A stretch of DNA of 63,963 nucleotides, counting the filler, from Octopus bimaculoides (lineage: Eukaryota), in assembly GCF_001194135.2 (NCBI RefSeq). It is 6 parts of 5 records of this genome, joined end to end, with 100 filler letters (N's around TTAATTAATTAA, not from the genome) between each part and the next. Parts side by side here need not be neighbours in the genome. Positions count along the whole stretch, not along the records: positions 17,877 to 32,891 come from NC_068996.1; positions 32,992 to 53,028 come from NC_068983.1; 4 more parts are not named here. One strand, 5' to 3'. A program made the position numbers and the translations under genes. Below are positions 25,180-38,995 of this stretch, one piece after another. A model generated the notes under the pieces. The model searched no databases and had not been told where the DNA came from. It worked only from the letters and a program-made list of their open reading frames with translations. Positions within the stretch are counted from its first letter, which is position 1; each line of letters starts with the position of its first letter.

Positions 25180-27298
25180 TGCCTTTGCACAGCTTCTAAC
25201 GCTGGAGATGTACTACAGTGTCAGCTGTTCACTACCAGTGAACTAAGGTAGCTCCTCTTATTTTTTGAGCACCTTCCGGAGTATTCCAGAGGTTCCAAGC
25301 AGTGCTGTCTTCTGCAAGTGCTCCACCCTTATTGCAGCCCCTATTGTCCCACGTACTTCTCGAGATTTTTGCTCACTGATCCTAGGGTTCCGACAATTAT
25401 TGTTATTACTGCTACCTTTTTCATCGACCACAACTGCTTAACTTCCCCAGTTAACCTGTCACATCTCTCAAACTTTCTTCCTTATCGCATAGTTTGTTGT
25501 CAATTTTTTGCCCTGTCAAGTCCATACTTGTTGCAAAGTGTCCAATGGACAAGCCTGGCTATATTGTTGTGGCGTCTCTTATATTCCTTCTGGGCTAGTG
25601 GCGTACATTGGCTGGTAATATGTCATACGGTTTCACCGTTTTGTCTACAGATTCTGCACTTATCACTTTTTGATGTGTTGTCTATTCTGTATTTTATGTA
25701 GTTTGTTCTTAGTACTTGCTCTTGGGCAGCACAGATTAGAGCCTCCGATTCCAGTTTTAAATCTCTTTTAATCATCCACAGACATTTTTCTTCTCTGCCT
25801 GTCTTATATTCAACATCCCTATGAAATTGACCATGCATTCTTTTCTTTACCCACCTATTTTCAGTTTCATTCATTTTCAATTTCTTGTATAGTGCTTTAT
25901 CTTTGCAATTATTCATCCTACACAAGCCTGACCTTCCTAATTCTAATAATAGCGGTTCTGTGGCATTTTTTACATATCATGCTATGTTGTTTTCTTCTAC
26001 TCTAATGCTGTGTTTGCATCCAATAAGTCCACTTCCCCCTCTTTTTCTTGGTACATACAGTCTGTCTGTGTCACTGTTTGGGTGGAGTGACCCATATCTA
26101 GTTAGCAACTTCCTTGTCTTTCTGTCTAAGCTGTTTAATTCGTCTACTATCCATGCGATTACCCCTGCTCCATTTCTAAGGAGTGAAACCGCCCAGGTGT
26201 TGATAGTTTCGATCTTATTCCATCCGTTTAATTTCGATTTAAGGATCGGTCTCAGTCTGCGCAAGTACTCCACCTTAAATTTTTCTGTCATTTCTTTCTC
26301 CATTAATTTATCCACTTCCAAAATCCCCAAGCACTTATTGCCCGTCTCTTCTATCTGCTTCATAACCTCCCCCGACGGTATCGTTAGTCCGTCCATACAT
26401 TTGATTTTGCCTCTCTTCAATACCAATACACCACACTTTCTCAGTTCGAACTCCATTCTGATATCAGCACTGAAGGTATACACCGTATCAAATGGTTGAC
26501 TTTTTGTTGGCAGCTTTTGAATAAATACCCAGCTTTTGCTTTCCTCAGAATTAGTGTCAGTGGCATCAAGCACAGTACAAAGATCAGTGAGGACAGGCAG
26601 TCTCCTTGGAAGATGCCCCTCCTAATTTCTACTGTCCCTAAACTTTTTCCGTATGCTGCCAATTCCGTCCTCCAATTCACCATCCTTTTTTCAAGCAATC
26701 ACTCAACATTCGATGCAATCTCAAACAGGTTCATGCACTCCATAATCCAAGAATGTGGGACACCTTACAATAGTCGATTCATGACATGGCTAAGTTACTT
26801 TTCCCCCTCTTGCAGTGTCTGAGTACAGTATTATCTATCAGGAGTTGATCCTTGGTACCTCTGCACTTACACTTGCAACCCTTCTGCTCATGCAGCAGGA
26901 CTTCAATTTTTCGCAGATGTTCGTACATTGACTCTTACGAGTATTCCAGTCAATAACTTCCACATAAGTGGCAAACAGGATATCGGCCTGTAGTTGTCTA
27001 CCGTATTGCCTTTTTCGATGTTTTCAGGCACAGCACTGTCCTACTGTCAACCACTCTGGTGTTGCTTGATCAGCATTTAACAAGGTTGCACAGCTATTCG
27101 TGCATGACATTCACCAAATCTTTTGATCCAGTTGCCTTGAACTCCATCTGGTACCGGGGCCTTCCAGTTGCTCATCTTTTTGCTGATTTCCTTCATTTCC
27201 CTAATCGAAATGACTAGTTCTGCCTGTTTTGGACAGACTACTGTTTGTTTCAGTTCTTGTAACCATTCAGCATCCTTCTTGTACTCCTTGTCTTTTCC
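25180..27298 (-). mobile_element. 5'-truncated, frameshifted R4/Dong-like LINE (RT + CCHC + REL)
   Basis: KMSNWKAPVPDGVQG, RRGIFQGDCLSSLIF, IRMEFELRKCGVL, KCLGILE, LYVPRKRGGSGL, ALICAAQEQVLRTNY, KCRICRQNGETV, and a C-terminal LQKTALLGTSGILRKVL-type motif. (AAT)n at both ends. Confidence 0.9.
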
Positions 27299-27326
27299 TT
27301 TATTATTATTATTATTATTATTATTG

Positions 27327-27600
27327 AGTGCGAGAGCAGTGCATGCCATCAAAGTGANNNNNNNNNNCTTCCAATCAATTAAGATCAGAAGCCATGAGAG
27401 CCACTGCCTGGCACTGCATCCGGGCCTTAGATAAACAGCGCATGACCTCGTAGGTGGGGCCCAGTTAGAATTTTCTTCTGTTCGAATGGCCCATCCCGTT
27501 CAAAAGGTCCCTGAATAAGGTTTGTTTAAGGATGTTGAGCAAAACACCCATGTTTCCAAAGGTGAATTATTCAAACCCCAACGAATTCCTCTCATTATTC
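27327..27600 (-). mobile_element. R4-like 3' UTR-type end with (AAT)n tail
   Basis: Same terminal motif as 24310 and 39972; flanked by (TAT)n on both sides. Confidence 0.6.
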
Positions 27601-27603
27601 CTC

Positions 27604-27651
<48 letters not shown>

Positions 27652-28587
27652 NNNNNNNNNNNNNNNNNNNNNNNNNNNNNNNNNNNNNNNNNNNNNNNNN
27701 NNNNNNNNNNNNNNNNNNNNNNNNNNNNNNNNNNNNNNNNNNNNNNNNNNNNNNNNNNNNNNNNNNNNNNNNNNNNNNNNNNNNNNNNNNNNNNNNNNNN
27801 NNNNNNNNNNNNNNNNNNNNNNNNNNNNNNNNNNNNNNNNNNNNNNNNNNNNNNNNNNNNNNNNNNNNNNNNNNNNNNNNNNNNNNNNNNNNNNNNNNNN
27901 NNNNNNNNNNNNNNNNNNNNNNNNNNNNNNNNNNNNNNNNNNNNNNNNNNNNNNNNNNNNNNNNNNNNNNNNNNNNNNNNNNNNNNNNNNNNNNNNNNNN
28001 NNNNNNNNNNNNNNNNNNNNNNNNNNNNNNNNNNNNNNNNNNNNNNNNNNNNNNNNNNNNNNNNNNNNNNNNNNNNNNNNNNNNNNNNNNNNNNNNNNNN
28101 NNNNNNNNNNNNNNNNNNNNNNNNNNNNNNNNNNNNNNNNNNNNNNNNNNNNNNNNNNNNNNNNNNNNNNNNNNNNNNNNNNNNNNNNNNNNNNNNNNNN
28201 NNNNNNNNNNNNNNNNNNNNNNNNNNNNNNNNNNNNNNNNNNNNNNNNNNNNNNNNNNNNNNNNNNNNNNNNNNNNNNNNNNNNNNNNNNNNNNNNNNNN
28301 NNNNNNNNNNNNNNNNNNNNNNNNNNNNNNNNNNNNNNNNNNNNNNNNNNNNNNNNNNNNNNNNNNNNNNNNNNNNNNNNNNNNNNNNNNNNNNNNNNNN
28401 NNNNNNNNNNNNNNNNNNNNNNNNNNNNNNNNNNNNNNNNNNNNNNNNNNNNNNNNNNNNNNNNNNNNNNNNNNNNNNNNNNNNNNNNNNNNNNNNNNNN
28501 NNNNNNNNNNNNNNNNNNNNNNNNNNNNNNNNNNNNNNNNNNNNNNNNNNNNNNNNNNNNNNNNNNNNNNNNNNNNNNNNNNNNNNN

Positions 28588-28710
28588 ATAATATGATTTA
28601 TTGTTTCTTGTCGATCTCCACATAGTCTACAGTTACTTGTTATATTTCTTTTCATTATGTGTTTTTGGTAATTTCTGGTGGGGAGGCTTTAGTCTTGTGC
28701 AGCAATTAAT
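28588..28710 (-). mobile_element. R4-like zinc-knuckle fragment
   Basis: MKRNITSNCRLCGDRQETINHI, the same family as 24700-24850. Confidence 0.7.
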
Positions 28711-28711
28711 T

Positions 28712-28731
28712 ATTATTATTAATTATTATTA

Positions 28732-28814
<83 letters not shown>

Positions 28815-28816
28815 CA

Positions 28817-28856
<40 letters not shown>

Positions 28857-28877
28857 CATTATTATTATTATCATCAT

Positions 28878-28911
<34 letters not shown>

Positions 28912-29015
28912 GTCATCGTCATCATCGTCGTCGACATCATTGTCGTCGTCGTTGTCGTCATCATCACCATCATCCTCAACAACAACAGCGACATCATCAT
29001 TATCATCATCCTCAT
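28712..29015. repeat. Compound trinucleotide microsatellite (TAT/CAT/CGT/TGT)
   Basis: Directly visible. Confidence 0.95.
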
Positions 29016-30790
29016 TAATATTGAACTTTTAATTTATTTGGCACCAATTTCAAGAGCAACAAATAACTTCGATTCCAAACATTCTTTTGGAATTACACTT
29101 TCCTTTAAATATTTCCACCGAAGAACGGAATTACGCATCCTATGTTCCAACTCATTATCTTAGGGTTATATCTGTTACTTCAGAATGTTCTTTAAATATT
29201 TCTTAGAGATCAGTTATGGTTAAATACATTACTAAATTTGTAAATCTTCGGGCACGTTTGTGAGGGAGAGGGAAATCTTGTTATTTGTGTTGCTGTCGTT
29301 TTGTTGTTGTTTGTGTTGTTTGCACCGTCGTTGTTGTTTGTGTTATTGTTGCTCTTGTTATTTTGTTGTTTAGTCTTAGTTCAACCCTACAGGAGAAAAC
29401 GATAATCAAAAAGGTTCAAATCGTCGTAACCTCGTTTCTTTCTATTTTTTTTGTCTATATTTATTTATTTCGCTCTATATTTATATATTTATTCATTTAT
29501 TTTGTATCATTGTCACATCATCCAATACATCCTTTTTTTTTTTAAANNNNNNNNNNGTCACATCATCCAATACATCCTTTTTTTTTTAAAGACGGTACGA
29601 TAGGATTTAAATTCGGTTGATATTCCTAGCACGTAGAGTGCCACGTAAAGATTGCCACTGCTGTTGTTATTGTCACTATTGTTGTTGTTGTTTTTGTTGC
29701 TGTTTTTGCTGCTGCTGCTGCTGTAGTTATTATCATTGTTGTCCTTAAGTCAGCACTCCTGCTTATCTTTAAATCGGTTAGCCTGAGATCAAATACGCAT
29801 CGCCCAGGCCACTCTGCCCTTTGTTCCCAGACATAGTTAATGGAGGACTATACTACCCAATGTCCTTTTTAAAAGACAACAAACGGGAAAATTTGAAAGA
29901 GTTTCTGACAGTTGTTTTTTTCTAGTAAACCAGGCGTCCACACTTGACGTGCTTTCTGATTGCTTCATGTGGATGATAGTAAATAAGTTTATCATGGAAC
30001 TGAGACGGTTAATGGTTTGTTTTTCTCAGAAAATACTTTATAGGAATAATGGCTTCATCGAGAAAGAGAGAGGGAGAGAGACAGACAGACAGACAGACAG
30101 AGATACAGAGGCAGAGACAGAGAGATACAGAGGCAGAGAGATACAGAGACAGACAGACAGACAGACAGAGATACAGAGGCAGAGACAGAGAGAGAGACAG
30201 ACAGACAGATAGACAGAGACAAAGAAAGAGAGAGAGCGAAAAGAAAAGAGAGAGAGAAAGTCCTGGGAATAAGGATTGCATGTAATTTTTTGTGAGTACA
30301 TGTATGTGTGTATGTGTGTATATACGTGTGCGCGTATGAGTGTGTGTTTGGTATTGTATTACATGTCTTTATAAACAAGATGAGGACAAACAAATAGCTA
30401 ACAGAAATAACAGAAACAAACAGGACAAGCAGACAAACCGACAGGCAGACAGTTAAACATGAAAATAGGCAAAGAGAAAGTAAATAAATTAGAGGTAAAA
30501 ATACAATATTCTGCAAACAATTTTAGAAAAATAATTACAACAATAAAATTAAATGTATTTGAAGAAGAAATTAAATGCTGAAACACAAAAAACTTTACAT
30601 TTCTTAACTTAAGACTAACCAAAAGTCATTCAAATAATTGTGTATATGTGAAGGGTAAAAGTGAGGAACAACGACAGAAGATCGGAGGAACAGGTGAAGA
30701 CCAGATGAATAACTAAGAAGATAAAAACAAAAAGATGCAATCGAGGGAAAGAAACGAACCCCCAAGGCTTCCTACTTGTTTGCGTATATC

Positions 30791-30871
<81 letters not shown>

Positions 30872-31114
30872 ATATATATATGTATATATGAGTGTCTATG
30901 AATATATGCACACCCGCTCGCTTACATTCTCACACACAGAATCACACGCACACATACGTGTGTTTCTGAGGAGTCGACAGTCGAAACACATTGGCCAATT
31001 TTTAAGGGAACACCGAAGAAAATAAAACCTCTCTGTTTTTAATGATGATCTATTTTTGAATTGCGAATTTTTTTCGGTTACATACATACATACATACATA
31101 CATACGTACATACA

Positions 31115-31147
<33 letters not shown>

Positions 31148-32112
31148 CTGTGCATATATATGTATATATGTTTGTATGGTTGAGTGGCATTCAAACATAT
31201 AATGATATAAATAATATATATATACATATATACATATGTATATGTACATACTTACATTTATACCTATATACATATGCATTTGTCGTGGGCAAAGGATGTC
31301 ACGGAACGTAAACAACAAAAATTACGAAAATATGGAATACGAAATACGAATACATGGAATATGAACATTTTTTGTAAATAACGAAGGACACAAATGGAAA
31401 ACAAGACACGCAACATAAAGAACAACCCTTCATCAGTTGTCGGCTGTTTTTCTAACCCCTATTTCGACCATTTCACGACAAGATACCCCTTCGATAAAAC
31501 AGTTGCTCCCGCAAAGCANNNNNNNNNNNNNNNNNNNNNNNNNNNNNNNNNNNNNNNNNNNNNNNNNNNNNNNNNNNNNNNNNNNNNNNNNNNNNNNNNN
31601 NNNNNNNNNNNNNNNNNNNNNNNNNNNNNNNNNNNNNNNNNNNNNNNNNNNNNNNNNNNNNNNNNNNNNNNNNNNNNNNNNNNNNNNNNNNNNNNNNNNN
31701 NNNNNNNNNNNNNNNNNNNNNNNNNNNNNNNNNNNNNNNNNNNNNNNNNNNNNNNNNNNNNNNNNNNNNNNNNNNNNNNNNNNNNNNNNNNNNNNNNNNN
31801 NNNNNNNNNNNNNNNNNNNNNNNNNNNNNNNNNNNNNNNNNNNNAAAAGTCTTTGAGAATAATAAAAAATGTTAAAAGACAGTCTGAGTATTAAAATGCA
31901 TATATACATTCTTTGATGATAAAATATATTTAAAGTATAAAGCTTTGTATGAACTTTGTAGTGTTACATACTGATTGTCACACATTCTCTGATATTAAGG
32001 TGAAATTGTTAAAAACAGTGTTAAAAACAGTGTATGAAAATACACATATGGAAAAATACATATACATATACATATTCTCATACATATTCTTTGACAATCG
32101 AATAAAATTGAG

Positions 32113-32152
<40 letters not shown>

Positions 32153-32329
32153 GTATATATATATCCGTATATCTATATTTTTATATGTATGCATGTATGT
32201 ATATAATCTTCAGTATTAGAAATAGAGCGGTTATATATTTTCTAACATTGTTCAGAAGTATATTATTGATTATGGTATAAAACTGATTTGAAAAATTAAC
32301 ATTGGTTTTGCACAGACTGTGGCACGTAG

Positions 32330-32745
32330 GTAATATTGATTTAAATTTTGGGACAAGGCCTGCAATTTCAAGATATTGAGTAAGTCGATCACATCAACTC
32401 AGGTGCTCAAGTGATACTCATTTTTTTGACCCCGAAAGGAAGAAAAACAAAGTCCGGTTCAGCGAAATTGGAATCTAAAGACAGATGAAATGCCACTAAA
32501 CATTTTGCTTGGTGTACTAACTATTCTGCCAGCTCCCCGCTTTACCCACATAGGACGTATTTGTTTCAAATTTCAGGTGTGGGAGCTAGTCGATTACATC
32601 GACCCCAATGTTCAACTGGTACTTTTTTTATCGACCTCCGAACGGATGAAAGACAAAGTTAACCTCGGCGGAATTTGAATGCAGAACGTGAAGACGGAAG
32701 AAATGCCAATAAGAATTTTGCCCGGCGTGCTAACTCGCCGCCGAA
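32330..32745 (-). mobile_element. Two SINE family B copies
   Basis: Two instances of ACAAGGCC/AAATTTCAGG...GTCGATTACATCGACCCC...GGATGAAAG...GAATTTGAA. Confidence 0.7.
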
Positions 32746-32827
32746 CCCATAAACAATATTGACACATAGGTAATATTTTCAAGTACGTTGCCCAAAACCA
32801 GTAATATATTTCTCGATAATAAATCAA

Positions 32828-32891
<64 letters not shown>

Positions 32892-34399
32892 NNNNNNNNN
32901 NNNNNNNNNNNNNNNNNNNNNNNNNNNNNNNNNNNTTAATTAATTAANNNNNNNNNNNNNNNNNNNNNNNNNNNNNNNNNNNNNNNNNNNNCACCGGGCA
33001 CAAAGCCAGTTTTTTATTTTTTTTTTCTGTGCTGGTGGCGCGGAGAGGGGAGGCTAGTATGCATGGGTGATTGCTGGTTTTCTATAAACAAAAAAAAAAA
33101 AGACATGTGCCTCAGAGGGAAACTTTCTAAATGCATTCCCATGGTCATTCATGACCGAAGGGGTCTATACGACCATATTCCAATTAACTTCGCCAATGAA
33201 ACAGACATGCACTGTAGATTAAAAAACGTATGATCTCGATTCTTTTTGTGGTTTTAATCACTTTATTTTATTTATCGCAATAATACATTTGGGAAAGGTG
33301 CCATTAATTGGTTGGGTCTGAAATAGCTACCAAGTATCACTCAAATAGCACGTGGTTGCCTTCAAAAAGAAGGGCGCGTTTGATATAGTGATCTCGCGCT
33401 CAGAATACTTGAGAAGGAAATACGAGGTGGCCACGGTGTAAATGCTTTCAGCCATAGATTTACGTGATCATCTCTAATCGGGATGGGGTTGGGGGACGGG
33501 ACAACAATAAAAAATTCAGCCTTGAAACTTGACGCTTTGACAAGTCCTAAGAAAGAGCTTTGGACAGAATCTCACGTGGTATTTACTTTGATCTCTAAGC
33601 TTGTTCAAATCTGACCAAGGCCTCCAAGGTATCTTTGGTTTGAAAACAGCATCCTTCTTCTCACTAGTCTCGATGGCCCTGAAAGAGGTCATGGGTGTTA
33701 GCCGTTCTTCCTAAACATGTCAGTGTTAACCTACTTTAAAAGAAATCCTATTTTCTATTTACATGGTAGTCTTCATGTCAAATGCTTTAGTTTGAGTACT
33801 CAAAATATCATTAAGATGTCTCATTCATTAAACAGAAGAAGTACCGATACTGTGTGAAAATGAATAAATCCACACTATGTGCTAAGGGGCAGTTGTCAGA
33901 GAATACATTCGAAGAAATACTAATTAAAGTCACTAAGGAGTTTTCAGGGAGATTTACAAGAAACGATACAAACGAATACAGATCACAGGTGTATCTTCTG
34001 TATTTACTCTTACTTGTAACATTGAATACCATAGCTTCTGGGTCATTTCCATGAAGAAGCAGCATTCATTAGCAAAACTGAAATGTGTAAATGGGTGAAT
34101 TAATATAGAGGTCATAAAAAGAACTGCTAAATGTTTATACGAACATCTAGATCATTGTTTCAACCATGAAGAAAAACAATGCCTTTGGGAAATATAAAAC
34201 ATTTATCAAAACAAAAATTCAGACAATAAACAAGTAAATAAAAGTCCTACGACTAGATATATATTATATGATGTAACTTCTAATTGTGTGTGAGTATATA
34301 TATATAAATATATATAACTATAAATATATATATAAATATATATATAAATATAAATGTATATATATAAATATATATATATATAAATATATGTGTGTGTGA

Positions 34400-34439
<40 letters not shown>

Positions 34440-34460
34440 ATGTGTGTGTGTGTGTGTGTG

Positions 34461-35310
34461 TAAAGGGTGATATTATTTAGTAAACAATAATATGGGAAGA
34501 CGATGGTTGATACACAGTAGGATGGAATGTCGGAGTCGTAATCAGTGTGTAAGGATCGGTTCTTCGTTGATAGCCATTATGTAAAGATGAAAGAACTGTG
34601 GTTGAAGTTGTAAAGAAAATATTTGTTTACCGTTACATCGAATATACCTTGCCTCGACGGGCAGGTGAATAAAATCCTAGAGCGTGCGAAGTAAAAAAAA
34701 TAATTAATTTCGGCCTGTGTGTTCGTATTGAAGTAGTAAACCATAGAGAGAGATGTGGTAATGTGTAGCGATGACCAAGTGAGTTAGTGAAAGTTGGAGG
34801 GTGTGGGAGGTTGGGTGTCATAGCTGCTGAGAGTAAATTTTCATTTCTCCATTTGACCATTGTCTTAGAGTAGCTACCTTGCTTTGGATCATGATTCTAG
34901 CGTTCTGCTCCCTAACTGATGGTAGCTGTCTCTCACTCGAGTTTATCATTCATTAACTATCTGATTGAGTTGTCACGAGCCGACTAACTCAGTTGTCATC
35001 AAGTCACTAACTGATTTTTGCTTGGGGTTCTTGCTTTTATAACTATCCAGAAGGATAGACATATCATTGAGAACAATAGATTTAGTTGGTGGTACTTGTT
35101 ATCTTAATTCTAACTTTTGGTGAAATAGAAGAGATTAGAAAGGTCAAAAGGTGGAGACATTATTTCGGCATAGCTGAGGCAATCTGGCAAATGTAAAACT
35201 GCTGTCACAGAAAAACTATTGTTCCACCGTGAGAAAAGTTCTGTTGAAGTGTTAATTTAAATTTGGCTATGGTGGATCGAATCCACTTCATGCCTGCAAG
35301 ATTCACTACA
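34461..35310 (-). mobile_element. Short, probably internally deleted member of a Tx1/L1-like family, flanked by microsatellites
   Basis: The 5' about 300 bp matches 48833-49130 and 59480-59778. The 5' end abuts (TATG)n and the 3' end CCCTTTA abuts (CA)n. Confidence 0.5.
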
Positions 35311-35340
35311 CATACATACATACATACATACATACATACA

Positions 35341-35371
<31 letters not shown>

Positions 35372-35437
35372 GTATAGATGTAAGTTTGTACATATACGTA
35401 TGTATGTATGCATATATATATTATTTATATTATTATA

Positions 35438-35505
<68 letters not shown>

Positions 35506-35799
35506 AATATATATACCCACATACATATACATACATACATAAAACTACATGCTCACACATTTACACAAACACGCACATGTATCCGCTTACATGCCGATAT
35601 ATGTAGTATTAAATGATTGAGATCTTTAAAGTAAGATTGGGGAGTTAAAATTAAAATGGAGGTAAAGGAAAGTTAAGTAAGGTTGTTAGGGATTACCTAA
35701 GGGGTGTTGTGGATATATGCTGTGTGGTTATTTAGGTTGCATTTAGATTTGTGGTAAAATTTGAAGGCATGTTAAAGGCGGTGTACTTATGGCCTCATT

Positions 35800-35945
35800 A
35801 TATTTATTTAGTAGTGTCGAGGAGTTTTGTTTTAATAATGTGCAATGCCTCTTTTAGACATAACTTACAGGCTAAGCGTTGACCTTGGTATAGAAGCCCT
35901 GAATCTATTATGAACCATGACAAAAATGTAAGGAATATTTCTATT
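35800..35945 (-). mobile_element. Probable PLE GIY-YIG endonuclease C-terminal remnant
   Basis: SWFIIDSGLLYQGQRLACKLCLKEALHIIK resembles the W-x-I-I...C-x-LCL-x-E-x-L-x-I motif of PLE endonucleases. Cut by a gap. Confidence 0.55.
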
Positions 35946-38399
35946 NNNNNNNNNNNNNNNNNNNNNNNNNNNNNNNNNNNNNNNNNNNNNNNNNNNNNNN
36001 NNNNNNNNNNNNNNNNNNNNNNNNNNNNNNNNNNNNNNNNNNNNNNNNNNNNNNNNNNNNNNNNNNNNNNNNNNNNNNNNNNNNNNNNNNNNNNNNNNNN
36101 NNNNNNNNNNNNNNNNNNNNNNNNNNNNNNNNNNNNNNNNNNNNNNNNNNNNNNNNNNNNNNNNNNNNNNNNNNNNNNNNNNNNNNNNNNNNNNNNNNNN
36201 NNNNNNNNNNNNNNNNNNNNNNNNNNNNNNNNNNNNNNNNNNNNNNNNNNNNNNNNNNNNNNNNNNNNNNNNNNNNNNNNNNNNNNNNNNNNNNNNNNNN
36301 NNNNNNNNNNNNNNNNNNNNNNNNNNNNNNNNNNNNNNNNNNNNNNNNNNNNNNNNNNNNNNNNNNNNNNNNNNNNNNNNNNNNNNNNNNNNNNNNNNNN
36401 NNNNNNNNNNNNNNNNNNNNNNNNNNNNNNNNNNNNNNNNNNNNNNNNNNNNNNNNNNNNNNNNNNNNNNNNNNNNNNNNNNNNNNNNNNNNNNNNNNNN
36501 NNNNNNNNNNNNNNNNNNNNNNNNNNNNNNNNNNNNNATATATATATATATATATATACATACACACACAACATGTGTGTGCATGTTAGGAAGGGAAGTG
36601 GGTATGTAGGTGGGAGGGGAGGGAGTTATATATTTACATTCATATCATGGTCTCGTATCCAACTGTTTACTAACAATCCTTGGTGTATGTAAAGCAGGCG
36701 TAGGACACAATATAGAAGGAATTGATAAATCATGTGATTTATGATGTCTTCTCGATATAGTGTGGTGTCAGTGACTCAGCAAAGGATTCTTGTTCCTGTC
36801 AGTAGGACGACATTAGCTTTGATCCCCTATTTGGAACGTGTAAAGAGCTGGACAATACATGGAGTATTACTTAATAACGGGTTAAGGAATTTTGCTGCTA
36901 CAACCAGCATTGTTGTCTCTTTAATCATGTTACCGTCTTCTTTACCTTTGATTCATAGGTATTACTTGAAGATCTGTTTGATGTGTTATGAAGAATGCTA
37001 TTTTTGTTGTTTAACCACAGTTAACGTGTGATTGTGTAAATCAAAAGCATTCCAACTGTGACCATCTCCTTAGAAACAAATTATCTAAGATTGTGTTACA
37101 CAATCTATCCTTCATTGTCATGAACCGTGGACTGTTGGTAGCAAGGGATTTGCCACCATTTGTCTCTATGTCTCGCAGGTCGGGCGACGTTATACAGAAG
37201 CTCCCTCACAGAGACGTAAGTGATGTTTGAAGAAGCTGGTATGATAGCAAAATGCATTTCTTCGAAGGACTCCAATAAAAAAGGGTGATGTAAAAGATAG
37301 CTTTTTCTGTTTTATGGATTTACTTTGATGCAGTAAACAATATTTCTTGGCAAGATGGAGTTGTTTACGAGCTATAACTGTGATTTCTTGTTGCTGCATT
37401 GCGTTCGTCATTCTATTTGTCCCCAGTAATCTCGCATTATGTAATGCAACTTTGGAACGTGTTGGGGTGCTATAACTAACCTTGACGTTGTTGTTATTAA
37501 AGAGTTAGTATGATTTGTAGCTGAGGGAGAAATATTTTGTCTTTTTTCTTTTTGTGTTGTTTTTCGTTTATTTCTTTTTTTGTTGTTCTTTTTTATCTTA
37601 TGAAGACGAACTGCTCTACCACAAAGCTCTTGACATTCATATTCAATGCTGAGATATACTACACTATATTCTTATCTGCACTGACTTTATTGTTTTCAGA
37701 TGAGTTACACATAGCGCCTTTGCATCTGTATATATAAGGGTGTATATGTATGTGTGCATGTGCGTGTGTGTGCACGTGTGCGTGTGTGTGAGCGTGTGAG
37801 TGTGTGTATGCGTGTGTGCAAGTGCGTGCTCAGTGTGCGTCAAAGCGTGTGCACTTGTGTATATGTGCATGCATATACACGTATGTATATATAAATATAT
37901 TTCGGCATGGATATATAACAGCATGACCGCAGCCACTTGGCTAAAACACATAAATAAATAAAAATATGTTTATATCTGTATGTATAAGTTAATATATACA
38001 TATAAATATATATATATACATATATATANNNNNNNNNNNNNNNNNNNNNNNNNNNNNNNNNNNNNNNNNNNNNNNNNNNNNNNNNNNNNNNNNNNNNNNN
38101 NNNNNNNNNNNNNNNNNNNNNNNNNNNNNNNNNNNNNATATATATATATATATATATACATGCATATGTATGTATGCATGTATATAATGTATGTGTGTAT
38201 GCGTGTATGCGCGTGTATGTGTGAGTGTAGAGTAGATGGTTATTATCAGTTACATGATGTACGCTACGCTATCATGTTGAACCTACTGTTCTGGTGTACA
38301 TATTAATCAAAAGTACACATACGAACTTTAGATTATGACGAGGTTATGTCATGATAGTGCAAGAACGAAATTATAATTTTTAAAAATCGGTTTCGGCTT

Positions 38400-38870
38400 T
38401 CTTTTATCTTTAATCTACTACTTGTTTCAGTCATTGGATTGTGGCCATGCTGGGACATCATCACGGAGAGTTTTAGTCGAACAAATCACCCCCCCCCCCT
38501 CCAGTATTTATGATTCATTTCTTTAAATTTGGTATTTATTCTATCGGTGTCTTTTGCTAAATGTTAAGTGACCGGAAATAAACCAGCACCGGTTGTCAGG
38601 TGGTGGTAGGGCCATACACAAAAACACTCACCCAGGCACATACGTATGTAGATACATATGTCCGTGTATATAAATATGTGTGTGTTTATGTCTGTGTGTG
38701 TGTGTCTACGACTCGCTTCTTTCAGTTTCACTATGCCAAATCCGTTCACATGGCTTTGATCTCTTCCAGGCTATAGTAGAAGACGCTGGCTCAGCGTGCC
38801 ACGCAGTGGGACTGAACTTGTGACCATGTGGTCTGGAAGCATACTTCTTACCACAGCTCACGCATCCACG
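38400..38870 (-). mobile_element. Composite SINE A
   Basis: Tail at 38400-38630, internal TG/TA repeat, tRNA-like head at 38720-38870. Confidence 0.7.
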
Positions 38871-38922
38871 ATTATACTTATACATACATATACACACACA
38901 CACACACATATATAACATATAT

Positions 38923-38995
<73 letters not shown>

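Noticed and set aside
29511-29590. Direct duplication of about 35 bp around a 10-N gap
   Set aside because: This is a typical unmerged contig overlap.
31400-31490. Minus-strand GAAAT...CTGATGAAG resembling a type II hammerhead
   Set aside because: Stems I and II cannot be paired in register.
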